This document shows positions 49,808 through 59,225 of a DNA stretch of 64,000 bases, piece after piece. Under the pieces are notes generated by a model. That model did no database searches. It was given only the letters and a program-made list of their open reading frames with translations, and was not told the DNA's origin. The stretch's first letter is position 1; each line of letters starts with the position of its first letter. The DNA lies in assembly GCA_965214405.1 (NCBI GenBank), contig OZ243956.1, forward strand, positions 3,072,001 through 3,136,000. The letters are read 5' to 3'. Source of the stretch: Trueperaceae bacterium. Lineage in GTDB: Bacteria; Deinococcota; Deinococci; Deinococcales; Trueperaceae. The translations under genes were made by a program, and so were the position numbers.

Positions 49808-50211
49808 CGTCCTCTCCTTGTGCGTCGCGTCTACACGCTCTGCTTAGTCTACTCCCGCCGACCCTTCTCTGCCCCCGTTGCGTTCGGCGCAGCTCGATGC
49901 TTCGACATGTGCATACAGATTTGCAGGCAAATTTACAGACAGAGGGGTGAGTGATAAACATGAAGGCGGTTTTCTCCCCTAAAGCAGTTATGCTCCTTTT
50001 ACAGTGTCGCGCGAAAGGTAAGCTCGAGAACGTAGAGGGTGCCACAATCGGGCATCTAAGCTCCTGCTAGTCTCAACTTGAAGGATGTGGGGGAGGCTTC
50101 TGGCTTGGGCGTTAATGCGTTCTGTAGGGTTACGAATCCTTCCGGGCACTGAAGTTCATTCGCGCTCGCCCACATATCAAACCTATGAGATTCACAGATT
50201 GGAGACCCAGC

Positions 50212-51000
50212 ATGGACAGAGATGACTTGTACGGTAACCAGCTATCGGACCAAAGCTACGGTGACCAGACCTATGGCGAGGATTACACCACCTACCGCGA
50301 CACCTACAGCTACCGTGACTACGACTACCGTGACTACGGACAGAACTACGGCGACTATGGCGACCAAGAAGACGTCAACTGGGGGTCGGTCATCACGGGC
50401 GCACTCCTGACCGCGCTCGGCGGCTACCTCATTTATAGGGGCGTCTCGAGCGGCGACAGGAGCTACAGCTACGGTGACTACAACGACCAGTATGGCAACC
50501 AGTACAGCGAAGACCGCTCCGGGGGTATCGAGGTCGAGGAGAGCGTCATCATTAACAAACCCGCCTCGGAACTCTACAGCTACTGGCGCGACTTTGAAAA
50601 TCTGCCCAACGTGATGAGCCACCTTCAGTCGGTAAAAAGTCGGGGCACGCGCTTAGGCAACGAGATTTCTCACTGGGTCACTCAGGGGCCTGCCGGAACG
50701 CAGGTCGAGTGGGACGCGAAGCTCGTTGACGACCGCAGGAACGAACTCATCTCCTGGCGCTCCGAAGACGACACCACGGTGCCCAATGAAGGCTCGGTGC
50801 AGTTTGAAGAGGCCCCCGGCGGTCTCGGCACCAAAGTCGTTGTCTCCCTGACTTATCACCCGCCGGGCGGCGCGTTGGGCGCGGCGGTCGCGCGACTTTT
50901 CGGGGAAAACCCCGCGAAGCAAGTGCGCGAAGATTTAGATAAGTTTAGAGAGAACGTGGAGTCGGGGCAGATTCTACTTTCCGGCACGTCTAACTTCTAA
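50212..51000 (+). CDS. SRPBCC protein with Tyr/Asp-rich low-complexity N-terminus
   Basis: YSYWRDFENLPNVMSHL, YHPPGGALG; GGAG RBS. Confidence 0.88.
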   Translation: MDRDDLYGNQLSDQSYGDQTYGEDYTTYRDTYSYRDYDYRDYGQNYGDYGDQEDVNWGSVITGALLTALGGYLIYRGVSSGDRSYSYGDYNDQYGNQYSEDRSGGIEVEESVIINKPASELYSYWRDFENLPNVMSHLQSVKSRGTRLGNEISHWVTQGPAGTQVEWDAKLVDDRRNELISWRSEDDTTVPNEGSVQFEEAPGGLGTKVVVSLTYHPPGGALGAAVARLFGENPAKQVREDLDKFRENVESGQILLSGTSNF

Positions 51001-51018
51001 ACCTTCGTTTGTATGGTG

Positions 51019-51050
51019 AGGGAGTCGGCTCGAGCCGACTCCCTTTTTTT
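51019..51050 (+). terminator. Rho-independent terminator
   Basis: Palindrome agggagtcggctcgagccgactccct followed by a T run. Confidence 0.85.
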
Positions 51051-51606
51051 CGGTCCCCCTTACTCATTGGTCACGTTCATTGGTTAACCGACCTAAAATT
51101 CATGCAGGGTTGTTTCTCGAGCCGCGCCACACTCTCCGTATTTTTTCGTTACGCGCTTGTGAAGAAGCTTCTTAGAAGTGCCGAAGCTCGCAGAAGTCTT
51201 GAGGTCCTGCCTGTGAACAAGATACTTTCCTGCTTTTCGTGCTCACGATAAAAGCTTTAGGGCGAGCTGAAACCCGAACGAAAAATCAGCCTCGTCTAGC
51301 GCGGTGAACGTCGCAACAAGCTTGAAGTGAGGCAGCTTTTCGCGCGGAACACGACTTTCAGGAATACCGAAAGCGCTTCATGCAGACTTTTGTCCGGGTA
51401 CGGGTGCAAGCTGACAACCGGACGAAATTCACCGCTGGTGAATAAAGGTTTGCCTGACGTGATAAAACTCGAGCCCCCAAAGTCTTGCTTCGTGCCGAAA
51501 GCAGTAAGAAAGGTCGAGTAGAAGGGCACTTCCGGTGGAGCTGGGGTTATTTCGGGTGTCACAGAAGCGTATATACAGACTTTTGTCCGGTCAACAGTGC
51601 AAGGGC

Positions 51607-51635
51607 TTGACGAATAGCGTATACGGGTGTAATAT
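51607..51635 (+). promoter_or_regulatory. Sigma70-like promoter in a long intergenic region
   Basis: TTGACG-N17-TAATAT. Confidence 0.55.
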
Positions 51636-51976
51636 AGAAAAATCAACGCGCTGAAGAAGGCGCGCTTTTTTTGTTTTTTCTTGCTGCCAACCGTTTATTC
51701 TTATCCACTATTGGACAGAGTCATAGGGGGCTACGCGGCTGTACCGGCGGCAAAAGCGCTCGAGAACTTTACACAGGCCAGTTATACAGTCCAGGTTGGT
51801 CAATATCAGTGAGGACCGAGCCGCGGGTACCGTCAGACCCGTTCTTCGCACGTTTATACGACTCGAGCCTGATGTTGCCGCCCTCTTTTGGCCCGGTAGA
51901 CATCACGGCGGGGCTGTCGGGCTGCTACCGCCATTATAGAGGGCGCTCGAAACAAGCTCGAGTTCCCACAAAAGCT

Positions 51977-52069
51977 CCCCTCAACAAGGGGATTTGGGGA
52001 TTTCCTCGATTGACTCTGCGGCAAACTTAAAGGAGGAAATTTCCCCTCAGTTCCCCCTTGCTGAGGGGG
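51977..52069. repeat. Imperfect inverted pair of CCCC..AAGGGG palindromic units (REP/REPIN-like)
   Basis: cccctcaacaaggggatttggggatttcct ... aggaaatttcccctcagttcccccttgctgagggg. Confidence 0.6.
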
Positions 52070-52282
52070 TCGGCAACGGATGTCCAAACATCCTCTACGG
52101 TAGCAGTGGCGGGCTCACGCCGGGAACGACGGTTACAACCTCTTTTATAGCCGACGTGACGACGTCGAGACCGCCTACTACATTTTTCAGAGCCCCGGCT
52201 GTTCTAACCCTTTGTCCTTGACAGCGCGAACGGAGGCGCACATCAAGCCGAACGAGGGTACACTATGCGCTTGGAGGAAAAC

Positions 52283-52876
52283 ATGGAAAAAAGCTGGCTA
52301 CACGTTCCTGAAAGGGACAACACGCCCGACGCGGTGCAAACGCTTTTTGATAAGTTTGAAGAGAAAACCGGGTCGATTCCCAATGTTGCACGCGTTTTCG
52401 CCCTCACCCCCGAGCACTTCTTGCGCTGGTTCAAATACTACGACTTTTTGACGCGTAACGAACAGAGCGCGCTCTCGCGCAAAGAACGTGAAATGATCGC
52501 GGTGGCGGTCTCCGCGGAGAATAGATGCGAATACTGCCTCGCCTCGCACGGCGCGTATTTGCGCGAGATTACAGGCGACCCCGCATTTGCCGACCTCTTA
52601 AGCCACAACTACCGCCGCGCGGAGTTAACGGAGCGCGAGCGGGCGCTCTTGGATTTTGCCGTGGCGCTGACGGGCGAGTCTTACAAGATGACGGAGGCGG
52701 GGTTGGAGCCCTTACGCGCTCTTGGGCTTTCCGACGAGACCATCTTCGAGGCGGCGCAGGTGGCGGCGATGTTCAATTTTACCAACCGCCTGGCCAACGC
52801 GCTCGGCTGGCGGCCCAACGAGGAATACTATAACCAGCACCGCGAGGTCAGAGAGCTTCAGCCAGCCTCCGACTAA
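52283..52876 (+). CDS. AhpD/CMD family peroxidase-related enzyme
   Basis: LSRKEREMIAVAVSAENRCEYCLASH, MFNFTNR. Confidence 0.92.
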   Translation: MEKSWLHVPERDNTPDAVQTLFDKFEEKTGSIPNVARVFALTPEHFLRWFKYYDFLTRNEQSALSRKEREMIAVAVSAENRCEYCLASHGAYLREITGDPAFADLLSHNYRRAELTERERALLDFAVALTGESYKMTEAGLEPLRALGLSDETIFEAAQVAAMFNFTNRLANALGWRPNEEYYNQHREVRELQPASD

Positions 52877-53834
52877 GGCGCGCCGAACAGAGAAAGCCGC
52901 GTCCGGCGAGCGCGCCGAAAAACCAGACGTTGGGCGAGAGTTCCCGAACCAAAGGAGAATTATTCTCAGTTTTCGCGCGAACGCCCGTCCAAGTGGACAC
53001 GTGGGTAGCTTCCTTTAGGGCAGGCACGAACCAACTCCCCGCGCGTTGTAGTTGTTTGGCTGCCGTCGGATCTTCCTCACCTGCGGGGCGGTGGTTGCCG
53101 CCCGCATAAACGTGTTCTTTGCACCTCACCCCGTAAACCGCGCCTGCAAGGGGATAGGGCAGGTCGATGTCCGTATCAAGACCAACCACATCTCCGGCGA
53201 TACGCTCGAGCCCTGGCAGCGGTAAATCCGCGTTGAGGCTCGCCCCGACGCAAAGGACAACGGTTCGGGCGGAAAAGATTCCTTGTGGGGTGTGAACTGT
53301 AGAACCTTCTCCGCCAGCCTCGAGCCCCGTCACCCTACACGCTTCTATCACCACCGCCCCCCGCCGTTTTGCTGCAAGAATAAGCGCGTGTAAGAATCTA
53401 TGCGGCTCGAGCCAGCCCCCCCGCTCCACCAAAAAGCCACCGAAAGGCGCGTGATAGGCGGCGGGTATCTCATGATCTAGCCAGCGAACCCCGTCCCGCC
53501 CTCGCCACGTCTTGGCCTGCTTTTTGTTGGAGGCCACGCGCAGCACGCCCGTCTGGTGGACGCCGTGGTCTAGGCCGAAGTCCCTGAGTTCACTCACCAC
53601 CTGCCACATCGCCTCGAGCCCCTTCTTGTCCTCTTCGCTCGCTCTGGCGCTGCGGCCCCGGTAGGGGTTGAGGAGCGCGGCGGGTACCGATGAGGCTCCC
53701 TGTGTGCCAACATGACCTGCCTCGAGCAGCACCACCCGCCGCCCCCGTTTGCTAAGTTCATACGTCAGGGTGCAGCCCGCGACGCCGCCGCCCACGACCA
53801 GAACGGAACGTTTGTCGTCTTGTAAAGCCCTCAC
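52848..53834 (-). CDS. FAD-dependent oxidoreductase (DAO family; MnmC C-terminal-half-like)
   Basis: VVGGGVAG, GAS, WTGVRA, GALAGRG. Confidence 0.8.
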   Translation of the reverse strand: MRALQDDKRSVLVVGGGVAGCTLTYELSKRGRRVVLLEAGHVGTQGASSVPAALLNPYRGRSARASEEDKKGLEAMWQVVSELRDFGLDHGVHQTGVLRVASNKKQAKTWRGRDGVRWLDHEIPAAYHAPFGGFLVERGGWLEPHRFLHALILAAKRRGAVVIEACRVTGLEAGGEGSTVHTPQGIFSARTVVLCVGASLNADLPLPGLERIAGDVVGLDTDIDLPYPLAGAVYGVRCKEHVYAGGNHRPAGEEDPTAAKQLQRAGSWFVPALKEATHVSTWTGVRAKTENNSPLVRELSPNVWFFGALAGRGFLCSARLSRRLAEAL

Positions 53835-53979
53835 ATGTGCCAGTATAAAGGTGAGTAGAGCGGGTTTTGTAGAGGCTGAATTTTTCGGCGCAGGTATCGT
53901 CCCCTAAACCAGGCCTTAGACAGTAAAGGAACCGAACTTAGCTCAAACCAGGGTGCTACCTGCTACAGAAGGGAACGCA

Positions 53980-54441
53980 ATGTCTGAACTTTATTTGCTG
54001 ACCAAGGGAATCCACAACATTTTGCGCTGGGTGGTCGTGTTTGGCGCGGCCTGGGCGCTCCTCACCTCTTTCAGAGGCCTCTTTACCCGCGCGGCCTGGA
54101 CGAACAACGACAGGCGCGCCGGGCTGGTCTTTTCCTCCGCGCTGGGGCTTCAGCTCATCGTCGGCCTCTTGCTCTACGGGATAAGTCCGCTTATTTCCGG
54201 GGCGATGCAAAATATGAGCGCGGCCATGCAGAACACGCAGCTCCGGTTTTTTGTCGCGGAGCATCTCGCGATCATGATTCTGGCGGTGGTCGCGGCGCAG
54301 CTCGGCTATTCGCTCTCCAAACGCGCCGAGGGCGACCGGGCCAAGTTTATGCGCTCGAGTCTCGGCTACGGCGTCGCCACGCTGCTGGTACTCTACGCGA
54401 TTCCCTGGTGGCGTCCGCTGCTGCCCTGGTACTGGGGCTAA
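53980..54441 (+). CDS. Four-TM hypothetical membrane protein
   Basis: HNILRW, QLIVGLLLY, FFVAEH, AIPW. Confidence 0.75.
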   Translation: MSELYLLTKGIHNILRWVVVFGAAWALLTSFRGLFTRAAWTNNDRRAGLVFSSALGLQLIVGLLLYGISPLISGAMQNMSAAMQNTQLRFFVAEHLAIMILAVVAAQLGYSLSKRAEGDRAKFMRSSLGYGVATLLVLYAIPWWRPLLPWYWG

Positions 54442-54459
54442 GGGGTACTGGGGATAGTT

Positions 54460-55158
54460 TTAGAACGCTGTTTGCTTCGTCGCCACCAGCATCTCCCGCT
54501 TGCCGCCGGGCGGGCCGGGGCGCTTTTGAACTGCGAACCCCAGGGTCTGCAAACGGCGGCGCACAGCACCCTTGACGCAGTAGGAGCTTAGCGTCCCGCC
54601 AGGGATGAGCGCGCGGTAGAGCTTTTCCAAAAAATCCTCGCTCCAAAGCTCGGGGTTGGCGTCGGGGCTAAAAGCGTCCATGTAAACGGCGTCGTAGCGT
54701 CCCGGCTCGAGCCTCACTCCCGTCGCATTCCCGAGGCGCAACTCGAGCCTCACCCCTTCTGGCAGGTCAAAGGTATAACGTCCAACGGGCGGAGGTTCGG
54801 GCAGTTTGTCTCTCGTGTTAAAAAACACCTGGACTAAATTCTCGTGCTCGAGCCCCTCCTCATACCCTAGTTGTCTCACAACCTGGGAGGGGAGGAGGGC
54901 GCGCTCGAGCGCCACATACTCCAAGGGCGCGCCCGTCTTTAGGGCTAGGTCGGCGGTAACAAAGAAGTTGAGGCCGGTGCCGAAGCCTACCTCGAGCACG
55001 CGCGCGGGGCCGCCCCGCTCCAACCGCGCCGCGACCCCGGCACCCTCCAAAAAGACGTGCCGCGACTCCGTTACTGCGCCCCGGTGCGAGTGCATCGTCT
55101 GCTCGTAGTGGTCACTGTAGAGGGTGCGGCTGCCGTCGGCGGTGTTGACGATTCGCAT
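54460..55158 (-). CDS. mnmD: tRNA mnm5s2U34 methyltransferase (MnmC N-terminal half / MnmD)
   Basis: TADGSRTL, HS..GA..ES.HVF, LEVGFGTGLN, DAFSPDANPELW, GPPGGKREM. Confidence 0.88.
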   Translation of the reverse strand: MRIVNTADGSRTLYSDHYEQTMHSHRGAVTESRHVFLEGAGVAARLERGGPARVLEVGFGTGLNFFVTADLALKTGAPLEYVALERALLPSQVVRQLGYEEGLEHENLVQVFFNTRDKLPEPPPVGRYTFDLPEGVRLELRLGNATGVRLEPGRYDAVYMDAFSPDANPELWSEDFLEKLYRALIPGGTLSSYCVKGAVRRRLQTLGFAVQKRPGPPGGKREMLVATKQTAF

Positions 55159-55220
55159 CACCCTCAATGTACCCGATGGACACAAAGCTGCCTCCTTGAC
55201 CCGCGCGTTAGACTTAGCGC

Positions 55221-56213
55221 ATGACCCTACCCTCCTGGCTTCATCCCTTCGAGCGCACCTTCCCGAGCGCCAACATGGTGCTCGTCCGGGGTGAAACGCC
55301 CGTGCTCATCGACACGGGTTTTGGGAGCGATATCAAAGAGACGGAAGCGCTTTTGCGGGTGGCAGGGGTGCCGCCGGAGGATTTGAGCCTCATCGTCAAC
55401 ACGCACTACCACTGCGACCACGTGGGCGGAAACCACGCGCTGCAAACGCGCTATGGCGCGCCCGTGGCGGCGCACCGCTGGGAGGGCTCGCTCGTCAACC
55501 GCCGCGACGCCGAGGCCTGCGGCGCATCGTGGCTGCGGCAGCCCGTCGAGCCCTACCGGGTGGACCGGCTGTTAGCGGAGGGTGATGTTATTGACGCGGG
55601 CGGCGTGACGCTGCGGGTGCTGCACACGCCGGGGCACACGCTCGGACACGTGTCGTTTTACGAGCCCCAGTCGCGGGTGCTGATTTTGGGCGACGCGGTG
55701 CATGGCGACGACGCGGCCTGGCTCAATCCTTTTCGGGAGGGCGTGGGGGCGCTCGAGCGCGCTATGGAAACGCTGGATAAGTTGCTCCACTTAGACGTGC
55801 AGTGGGCCTTGTCGGGTCACGGCGCGGCCATGACAGAACCCAAGAAAGCGTTTGGGCGCGCGTTACGACGTTATGAGAACTGGTCGAGAGAGCCCGAGCG
55901 TATGGCCTGGCACGGGGTCAAGCGTATTTTTGCCTACGCGCTTATGCTCGAGCGTGGCCTAACAGAAGAAGAACTCGAGCCTTATCTGTTCTCGAGCCCC
56001 TGGTTTTACGACTACAGCCGTTATGCGTTTGGGCTCGAGCCCGCCGCGTTCGTTGCGCCGCTTCTTGCGGAGATGCTCCGGTCGAGAGCGGCCCTCTGGG
56101 AAGCGGGAAAACTCGTGGCCGCCGCGCCTCACCGTTCGCCGCCGCCTGGTTGGTCTCCCGCGCAACACGCGCCGCGCTTATGGCCGGAGACGCGTTCTGT
56201 AAGGGCTTCCTGA
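55221..56213 (+). CDS. MBL-fold metallo-hydrolase
   Basis: THYHCDHVGG, TPGHT, GD, SGHG. Confidence 0.9.
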   Translation: MTLPSWLHPFERTFPSANMVLVRGETPVLIDTGFGSDIKETEALLRVAGVPPEDLSLIVNTHYHCDHVGGNHALQTRYGAPVAAHRWEGSLVNRRDAEACGASWLRQPVEPYRVDRLLAEGDVIDAGGVTLRVLHTPGHTLGHVSFYEPQSRVLILGDAVHGDDAAWLNPFREGVGALERAMETLDKLLHLDVQWALSGHGAAMTEPKKAFGRALRRYENWSREPERMAWHGVKRIFAYALMLERGLTEEELEPYLFSSPWFYDYSRYAFGLEPAAFVAPLLAEMLRSRAALWEAGKLVAAAPHRSPPPGWSPAQHAPRLWPETRSVRAS

Positions 56214-56279
56214 ACCCTTTTACCCTCTTGCCTCACAACGGACACGCCTCGAGGGGCGGCCTTGGTATAAGCTGTTACC

Positions 56280-57116
56280 ATGCTTTTGGTCCTCGAGCGT
56301 ATGAGAAATGCCATTCTCGAAACGTTGTCCGCGGCGTGGACTTTTTTGTGGGCGTGGGTACGGGGTCTCCCTTGGGGCGCGTTCCGCTGGGACGTGCTCC
56401 GCTGGGATGTTCTGGGTTTGGGCGTGCTGCTCGTGCTTCTCGCCACGGTTCTCTTGCTGCGGCGACGGCGCGCGCCCGCCCCAAAGCCCGTATTTCCCGA
56501 CCTTAACGTGTCCTTGGGCTCCATCATGATTCACGCGCCCGTTCCTAAAACCGGCGGCTACAGGATGGACAACAGAGCCGACAACAGGGCTGATAACAGG
56601 GCCGACTACAGGAGCGAGGGCGGCTTAGTCTCGACCGAAACCGCCACGGAGGCTGTTAGCGAAACCCTGACCCTGCCCACCGAGCTCAACATGACGGTGA
56701 GTAACGCGAGCCCCTACTCGGTGCAGCTTTTAGAAGTGGCGTTAGAGACCGCGGCGATGGCCCGCCCTGTAAGCTTTTCCGTGACGCGCCTGCTTCTGGC
56801 GGACAGCGCAGTGCGGCTCAAGGAGCGCCTGCCCGCGCTGCGGGGCGAGGAGGGACGGCTCACGCTTTCGTTTTACGCCGCCGCCACACCCGACAAGTAT
56901 TTCCGGCTCCAGGCCGCTTTTTTCCTCGAGACGCCCGACCGCTACACCATTTCACCCCTCGAGCAGACGGTTAAACCAGCTAAACTGTCGGGTGAGAACA
57001 TCGAGCAAACAAGTAAGCGCCTCCGAAAGGGTGCGGAACCGCGTAGGAAAAGCGCAGCCGAGAGCACTGCCGAGCGCGAGGAGCGCAAAAAGCTCGAGTT
57101 TCCCGACGAGTTCTAA
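56280..57116 (+). CDS. Hypothetical membrane protein
   Basis: One TM segment and a DNRA tandem repeat; start uncertain (56280 or 56301). Confidence 0.6.
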   Translation: MLLVLERMRNAILETLSAAWTFLWAWVRGLPWGAFRWDVLRWDVLGLGVLLVLLATVLLLRRRRAPAPKPVFPDLNVSLGSIMIHAPVPKTGGYRMDNRADNRADNRADYRSEGGLVSTETATEAVSETLTLPTELNMTVSNASPYSVQLLEVALETAAMARPVSFSVTRLLLADSAVRLKERLPALRGEEGRLTLSFYAAATPDKYFRLQAAFFLETPDRYTISPLEQTVKPAKLSGENIEQTSKRLRKGAEPRRKSAAESTAEREERKKLEFPDEF

Positions 57117-57177
57117 TTCGGATTTTGGTGGTATTTCAGTGTTAAAGGTTGCCAAAGTGCCCCGGCCTTGTGTGCTC

Positions 57178-57205
57178 GTAACAAGGGGTTGCAACCCCTT
57201 GTTAC
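57178..57205. repeat. Perfect 28-bp palindrome (REP-like), copy 1
   Basis: gtaacaaggggttgcaaccccttgttac. Confidence 0.85.
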
Positions 57206-57302
57206 AGGGCGGTGTCCTTCTCAGGTAAACCACAACCCAGATTTTTGGACGCTGAAGCTTTGCGCGTTTGATGCGTTATGCTGACCCCACTTTGGAGGTC
57301 CG

Positions 57303-58409
57303 ATGAAACTTGAACGCATCGAAATGAGAGAGCTGCGCGTGAGGCTGCGTTTCCGTTTCGAAACAAGCTTTGGCGTTGAACAGGATTTACGTAAACTCCT
57401 CGTCACCGTCCGTTCGGAAGGGCTTACTGGCTACGGCGAGGCGACCGCGGGCACCGCCCCCGGTTATTCTTACGAAACCGTGGATTCCGCCTGGACGGTG
57501 CTGGCGCAGCATATCGTCTCGCAGGTTGTCGGCAAGGACTACGCCACGCCCGCGAAGTTTTTAGAGGCCGTCAAGCCCGTGCGCGGTCACAATATGGCGG
57601 TGGCGGCGCTCGAGAACGCCCTGTGGGACCTCCAGGCCAAGGCCGCCGGGCTGCCCCTCTGGGTGCTCCTGGGCGGCGCGCGCACCGCGCACCCGGTGGG
57701 CGCGTCGCTGGGCATCCAGGAGAGCGTGGAGGCGACGGTTGAGCTGGCGCACAAGCATATTGAAGAGGGTTATAAACGCCTCAAGTTCAAAATCAAGCCG
57801 GGTTGGGACGTGGCCCCCATGCGCGCCGTGCGTGAGGCGCTGCCCGAGATGCCCCTCACCGTGGACGCCAACAGTGCCTACCGTCTGACCGACGCCCGCG
57901 TTTTTCAGCAGCTTGACGAGCTCAACCTCGACTATATCGAACAGCCTTTGGCGCACGACGACTTAGTGGACCACGCGCGGCTTCAGGCCATGCTGGCAAC
58001 ACCCATATGCCTGGACGAGTCCATCCACTCGCCCGAGGACGCGCGCAAGGGTCTACAGCTCGACGCGGGGCGCGTGATTAATATTAAACAGGGGCGGGTG
58101 CGCGGCCTCCTTATGGCGCGGCGCACGCACGACGTGGCCCTGAGTTTTGGCGCGCCCGTCTGGTGCGGGGGGATGCTCGAGCTGGGCGTCGGGCGCGCGC
58201 ACAACCTCCACCTGAGTTCTCTGGAAGGTTTCACGCTGCCGGGCGACACGTCCAGCGCCTCGCGCTACTGGGATGAGGACATCGTCGAGCCGCTTTTGGA
58301 CGCGGTAGACGGCGTCCAGCACATCCCCGAGGGGCCGGGCTTGGGCGTCACGCTCAAAGAAGATTTAGTTGAGAGGCTGACGGTAAGGCAAGAAACGTTC
58401 CCGAGCTAG
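57303..58409 (+). CDS. menC: o-succinylbenzoate synthase / N-acylamino acid racemase (enolase superfamily)
   Basis: FETSFG, KFKIKPGWD, VDANSAY, IEQP, CLDESI, WCGGMLE, LPGD. Confidence 0.9.
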   Translation: MKLERIEMRELRVRLRFRFETSFGVEQDLRKLLVTVRSEGLTGYGEATAGTAPGYSYETVDSAWTVLAQHIVSQVVGKDYATPAKFLEAVKPVRGHNMAVAALENALWDLQAKAAGLPLWVLLGGARTAHPVGASLGIQESVEATVELAHKHIEEGYKRLKFKIKPGWDVAPMRAVREALPEMPLTVDANSAYRLTDARVFQQLDELNLDYIEQPLAHDDLVDHARLQAMLATPICLDESIHSPEDARKGLQLDAGRVINIKQGRVRGLLMARRTHDVALSFGAPVWCGGMLELGVGRAHNLHLSSLEGFTLPGDTSSASRYWDEDIVEPLLDAVDGVQHIPEGPGLGVTLKEDLVERLTVRQETFPS

Positions 58410-58843
58410 AGACCGGCGGGATCAAAGGCGGGCTCGAGCGGGTCGAGAAATGTCACGCCCTCGAGCCCGCCTCCTGTATTGAAGTCCTCGCTTAACACAA
58501 TAGGGATTTGGTTGAGCTTGGCGACGGCCCAGATTTGGGCGTCGTAGTAGGAGAGTCTATAGTCTCTCATGCCGCGAACGGCCTCGAGCACCACCGCAGG
58601 CGTGAGCGGATAGACGGGAAAGGCGACTTCGTAGTCTTCCACCTGCGCGTAAACGTCCGCGGGCAGGTGTTTAAGTTTGTGTAGGGTGACGTTGGAGAAC
58701 TCCGCGAGCACTTGGGCGCTTAGGGCACCGCTGTCGTTCTTCATAAGGTGGTCGAGGACCGCTCGAGCGCGCGTCCGCTTAAGTGCATCACGGGTGTCAT
58801 GCGGATAGACGAGCACGTTTGTATCAATAAGGTAGCGGATCAC
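58406..58843 (-). CDS. vapC: PIN-domain (VapC-like) toxin
   Basis: LIDTNVLVY, QVLAEF, LSYYDAQI, SEDF; GTGA overlap with the antitoxin. Confidence 0.9.
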   Translation of the reverse strand: MIRYLIDTNVLVYPHDTRDALKRTRARAVLDHLMKNDSGALSAQVLAEFSNVTLHKLKHLPADVYAQVEDYEVAFPVYPLTPAVVLEAVRGMRDYRLSYYDAQIWAVAKLNQIPIVLSEDFNTGGGLEGVTFLDPLEPAFDPAGL

Positions 58844-59169
58844 GCCTTTTCTGCCTCCTCTTCCACCCTCTCTTCTGCCGCCTCGCGCGCTCCCCACTTC
58901 GTAAAGCGCCGGTCCTCCTCGTAAAGCTCCTGGCGGTTGAAACGGTATCCTTCGGGGAAGGCGTGCGTTTTGGCGAGGGCGTCGGCCCGCTCCAAAAGCC
59001 TCTCCAGGGCTTCGACCCGCATTTTTTGAGGGGCGGTGTAAGGCTCTTCACGAAATGCCTCGTTTAGCGCCCGCCGCACCACCTCCGCCTCGGTCACACC
59101 CAACTCTTTGGCCCGACGCTTGAGCGCCTTGTCCTGCGCCTCTTCGATGTAAAGCTGTTTTCTGATCAT
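58840..59169 (-). CDS. CopG/RHH antitoxin (VapB-like)
   Basis: MIRKQLYI...LKRRAKELGVTEAEVVRRAL, FNRQELY; TATAAT -10 box before ATG. Confidence 0.85.
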   Translation of the reverse strand: MIRKQLYIEEAQDKALKRRAKELGVTEAEVVRRALNEAFREEPYTAPQKMRVEALERLLERADALAKTHAFPEGYRFNRQELYEEDRRFTKWGAREAAEERVEEEAEKA

Positions 59170-59225
59170 GCCTACATTATATACATCGCGCCTAAATATA
59201 TCAAATGGTGAAGGACGTAAATCTG

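Noticed and set aside
51690..51800. DnaA-box-like words (TTATCCACT etc.) suggesting oriC
   Set aside because: Only one near-consensus box is present, and there is no dnaA/dnaN context.
51009..52221. Short ORFs in the long intergenic region
   Set aside because: No recognisable domains, RBS or host-like codon pattern.
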